Positions 61,468 to 64,000 of a DNA stretch of 64,000 bases are shown piece after piece (the stretch's first letter is position 1; the number at the start of each line of letters is the position of its first letter). A program made the position numbers and the translations under genes. The notes below the pieces were generated by a model, which was not told where the DNA came from, searched no databases, and worked only from the letters and a program-made list of their open reading frames with translations. The DNA is taken from contig CM097885.1 of assembly GCA_044892525.1 (NCBI GenBank), positions 17,424,001 to 17,488,000 on the forward strand. Reading direction: 5' to 3'. This DNA comes from Schmidtea polychroa (Eukaryota).

Positions 61468-64000
61468 GTGAAAAAACCTTAAATAATTTTTACACACTAA
61501 GTTATGGGGTAGAGTATTATTATGTTTGCAGTATTCTGTGTTTGCCTTTACAGGAAGTTGTCAATAAGGAGCGATAATTTTACACACACACATTCTATAT
61601 ACACATACCTTGTTTAACATTGGTGTATATACTCCTAGTCTATCCGACAAGATATTCTGTCCCCCTATGGGTATTGCTCATATGGGTACTACTCACAATC
61701 AACATGTCGCAAGGGTTTTCGATTTTAAAGCATATTATGGTTTATTAAGGTTAGTAAATAAAACTTATCACACACACTTTAATATTTAAACGATAAAAAT
61801 CAAGACAAGAGAGGACAAGGCAAAGTGTATGCATTTAGTATTGCCAGGCCTAATGAGCAGTGACCAAATATCTGTGCCTGAAAGACACGGTGGATATTTG
61901 TTCGCGTCCACAAGGGTCGTCTGTGCCTCCCCCAAGTGGGGTCAGAAGAACCTGGGCATTATAGCTTTCCGTACGGAACATTACGCCTAGCATGGGTAGT
62001 CAACTACCAGCACATTCGAAACGTATAATTTCAAAATACATGCGTCATTGGCACTATAACCAAATTAATTAATGTTTTCACTAACACAAATATATATTTA
62101 CAGAGGCCTCCCACTAGTTGGATTACAACCGCCCACCACGACGATCAGCTTGTAAATATATATTAATTAAGGGATAAAGAGGACCCACCCAACCCTATTA
62201 TATTTAATTTACAAATTTTTCTCGCTCTTCTGCTGGTAATCTATCTCAAAATTAATCTCTCCATCAGGCCATTTGATAGTGATTTCATGGAATACATCTT
62301 GCAAATTGGACGTATTTCTTAGTTTCTGATGCGGTGTCAACTATCATTGCTAAAATTTATATTGATTTAAAAGCAATTAACTTACATTATCTAGCATTTT
62401 ATCGTCACAGGCTTGATAAATTAGGCAACTGTTATTTGTGGTATACTTTTTCAATGTCATTTCCCACCATAAAACACAGATACCTAAATATAATATATAT
62501 ATTTTAAAGAATTAATTCATGTCTTACATTAATAATAATATTCTTCAGGTAGTACTTTACAATATCTAATTGCTAAAACATCGGTTTTTCCCATTTTTCT
62601 TGACAATCGTTGAAAGTTTACATAATTTAAGTCTGATAATTCATGTTGAAGGACACCCACAATCAGCTAATTCATTTAAGAAATCCGGAACTATAACACC
62701 TTTAGTGTTTCACCATTTTGTCTGGTTCATTTTTTTCTATAATTCATGTTTTAATAAGAAATTTCTAAATCCAGAACATAAGTCATTTAGTGTTTCACCA
62801 TTTTGTCTGGTTCATCTTCTTCATAATCATATAATTCATTTTCTTCATTACTAAGTAAAATAATTAAAATATTGTAGTAAATTCTTTATTTACTTACTTT
62901 ATGGATACTAAAACGAAAGAAATAAAGTTATATCAAAAGTATATTTAAATAAATTAAATTTAAATAATTTAATTTAGTTATTTAAAAATATTTAAACAAT
63001 TTAGTTATTTAAGCATATTTAAACATTAACATTATTATATAGTATAATTTTATATAATATTATAATTTTATGTACACTTATATATCCTTCATTTAATTTT
63101 TTAAATTCAAAATTTATAATGAAGATTTTTTGAATTAAAAAATATTCTGTTAGTATTTCCATGCAGAAAACAACGAATTCAATAATTAAAATCTTAATTT
63201 TCATGTTGTTAGGGTTGTGGCCAGAATTTAATCGCCATCTAATCGTTTGTTCTCAATTTCGCTCATTTTTGTTCAAAACATTCAAGTGAGTTGTTATCTG
63301 GAAAGTTTCTTTGAGCTCAGTTTTGTTAAAACACTCACGGTATTTTTGAGGGACGTGACACTGGGAATAAATTAACAATGGGTGGTCTTGCATACATGTT
63401 GTTGGTTTGAACTGTTGATTTATTTTAGAAATATGTATATTAAAAACATTTAAGGTATCATTCAGTAAAATAATATAGTATTTTTGAGTATTTTTAGTTG
63501 ATTTATAAATAACAGTATTTTGATATATCAATAAAGACCATATACTCCTAGTTTATCCGACAAAATATTCTGTCCCCCTATGGGTATTGCTAGCAAGGGT
63601 ACTGGTCACATTCAACATGTCGCAAGGCTATATTAATCATTTAGAAATTCTTAGGTAATTTAGTGAGATGATCAGAAATTCGTGAATATTTTAAATGTAA
63701 CTTTACACTTATGTCGAGCGACTAATTTATTGGTTAACTTTGTAGTCATTTAAAGCAAAAATTAATTTATTCATCTAATGTTCGTTACAATAGATAATAA
63801 TATGAGAAAAACATGGTCATTATTCATTGATAATTTTAAATTCTTTATCATTTGGAGTAAATTTGTTTGAGGCAAAAATATTTGAAGGAGTCATAATAGA
63901 AATATGGTTATCATTTAACCAAATAAGGTGCTTATTAGTTAAAAATATATATTTATATAGGGTTACAATTCTTTTCTAATTTAATTAGATGATCATTAGA

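Larger units (their letters stand above)
59146..63630 (+). mobile_element. Polinton/Maverick-like terminal arm (terminus at 59146); right boundary unknown
   Basis: Begins AGTAGTAG followed by CACATATACCCCCTCCCCC. Same architecture as the 7419 terminus. Contains repeated modules homologous to 6461-6575. Confidence 0.55.

Noticed and set aside
62200..62900. Minus-strand exon-like segments with short intron-like gaps
   Set aside because: Frames are broken by stops and no family is recognisable, so no gene call can be supported.

Overview
Very AT-rich eukaryotic genomic DNA with 41-55 bp introns and long (ATT)n microsatellites. By inference it is an invertebrate, with a composition resembling a planarian flatworm. 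One apparently intact host gene is present: a six-exon TCF/LEF (pangolin-type) HMG-box transcription factor on the minus strand (38204-55734). I assembled it by hand into a phase-consistent 477-aa model with no C-clamp and no canonical beta-catenin-binding motif. The rest is mostly mobile DNA. (i) A family of very long (5-6 kb) TGTTGGG...CCCACCA LTR-like elements. One copy has a perfect 4-bp TSD. The family carries conserved, covarying RNA-like structures and a variable internal cargo slot, which holds AT-hook and coiled-coil ORFs in one copy and an intron-containing, partly triplicated MANF pseudogene in another. (ii) Decayed Polinton/Maverick (adintovirus-like) material: two broken protein-primed DNA polymerase B copies and three AGTAG termini whose subterminal arms are arrays of AP-1-, NR5A- or CRE-like motifs. 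(iii) A Penelope-like GIY-YIG fragment with inverted pLTRs carrying minimal hammerhead motifs. (iv) piggyBac, hAT, Harbinger and Tigger remnants, and a SNRNP200/Brr2 pseudogene fragment. All calls come from reading the sequence by eye; no searches were run.
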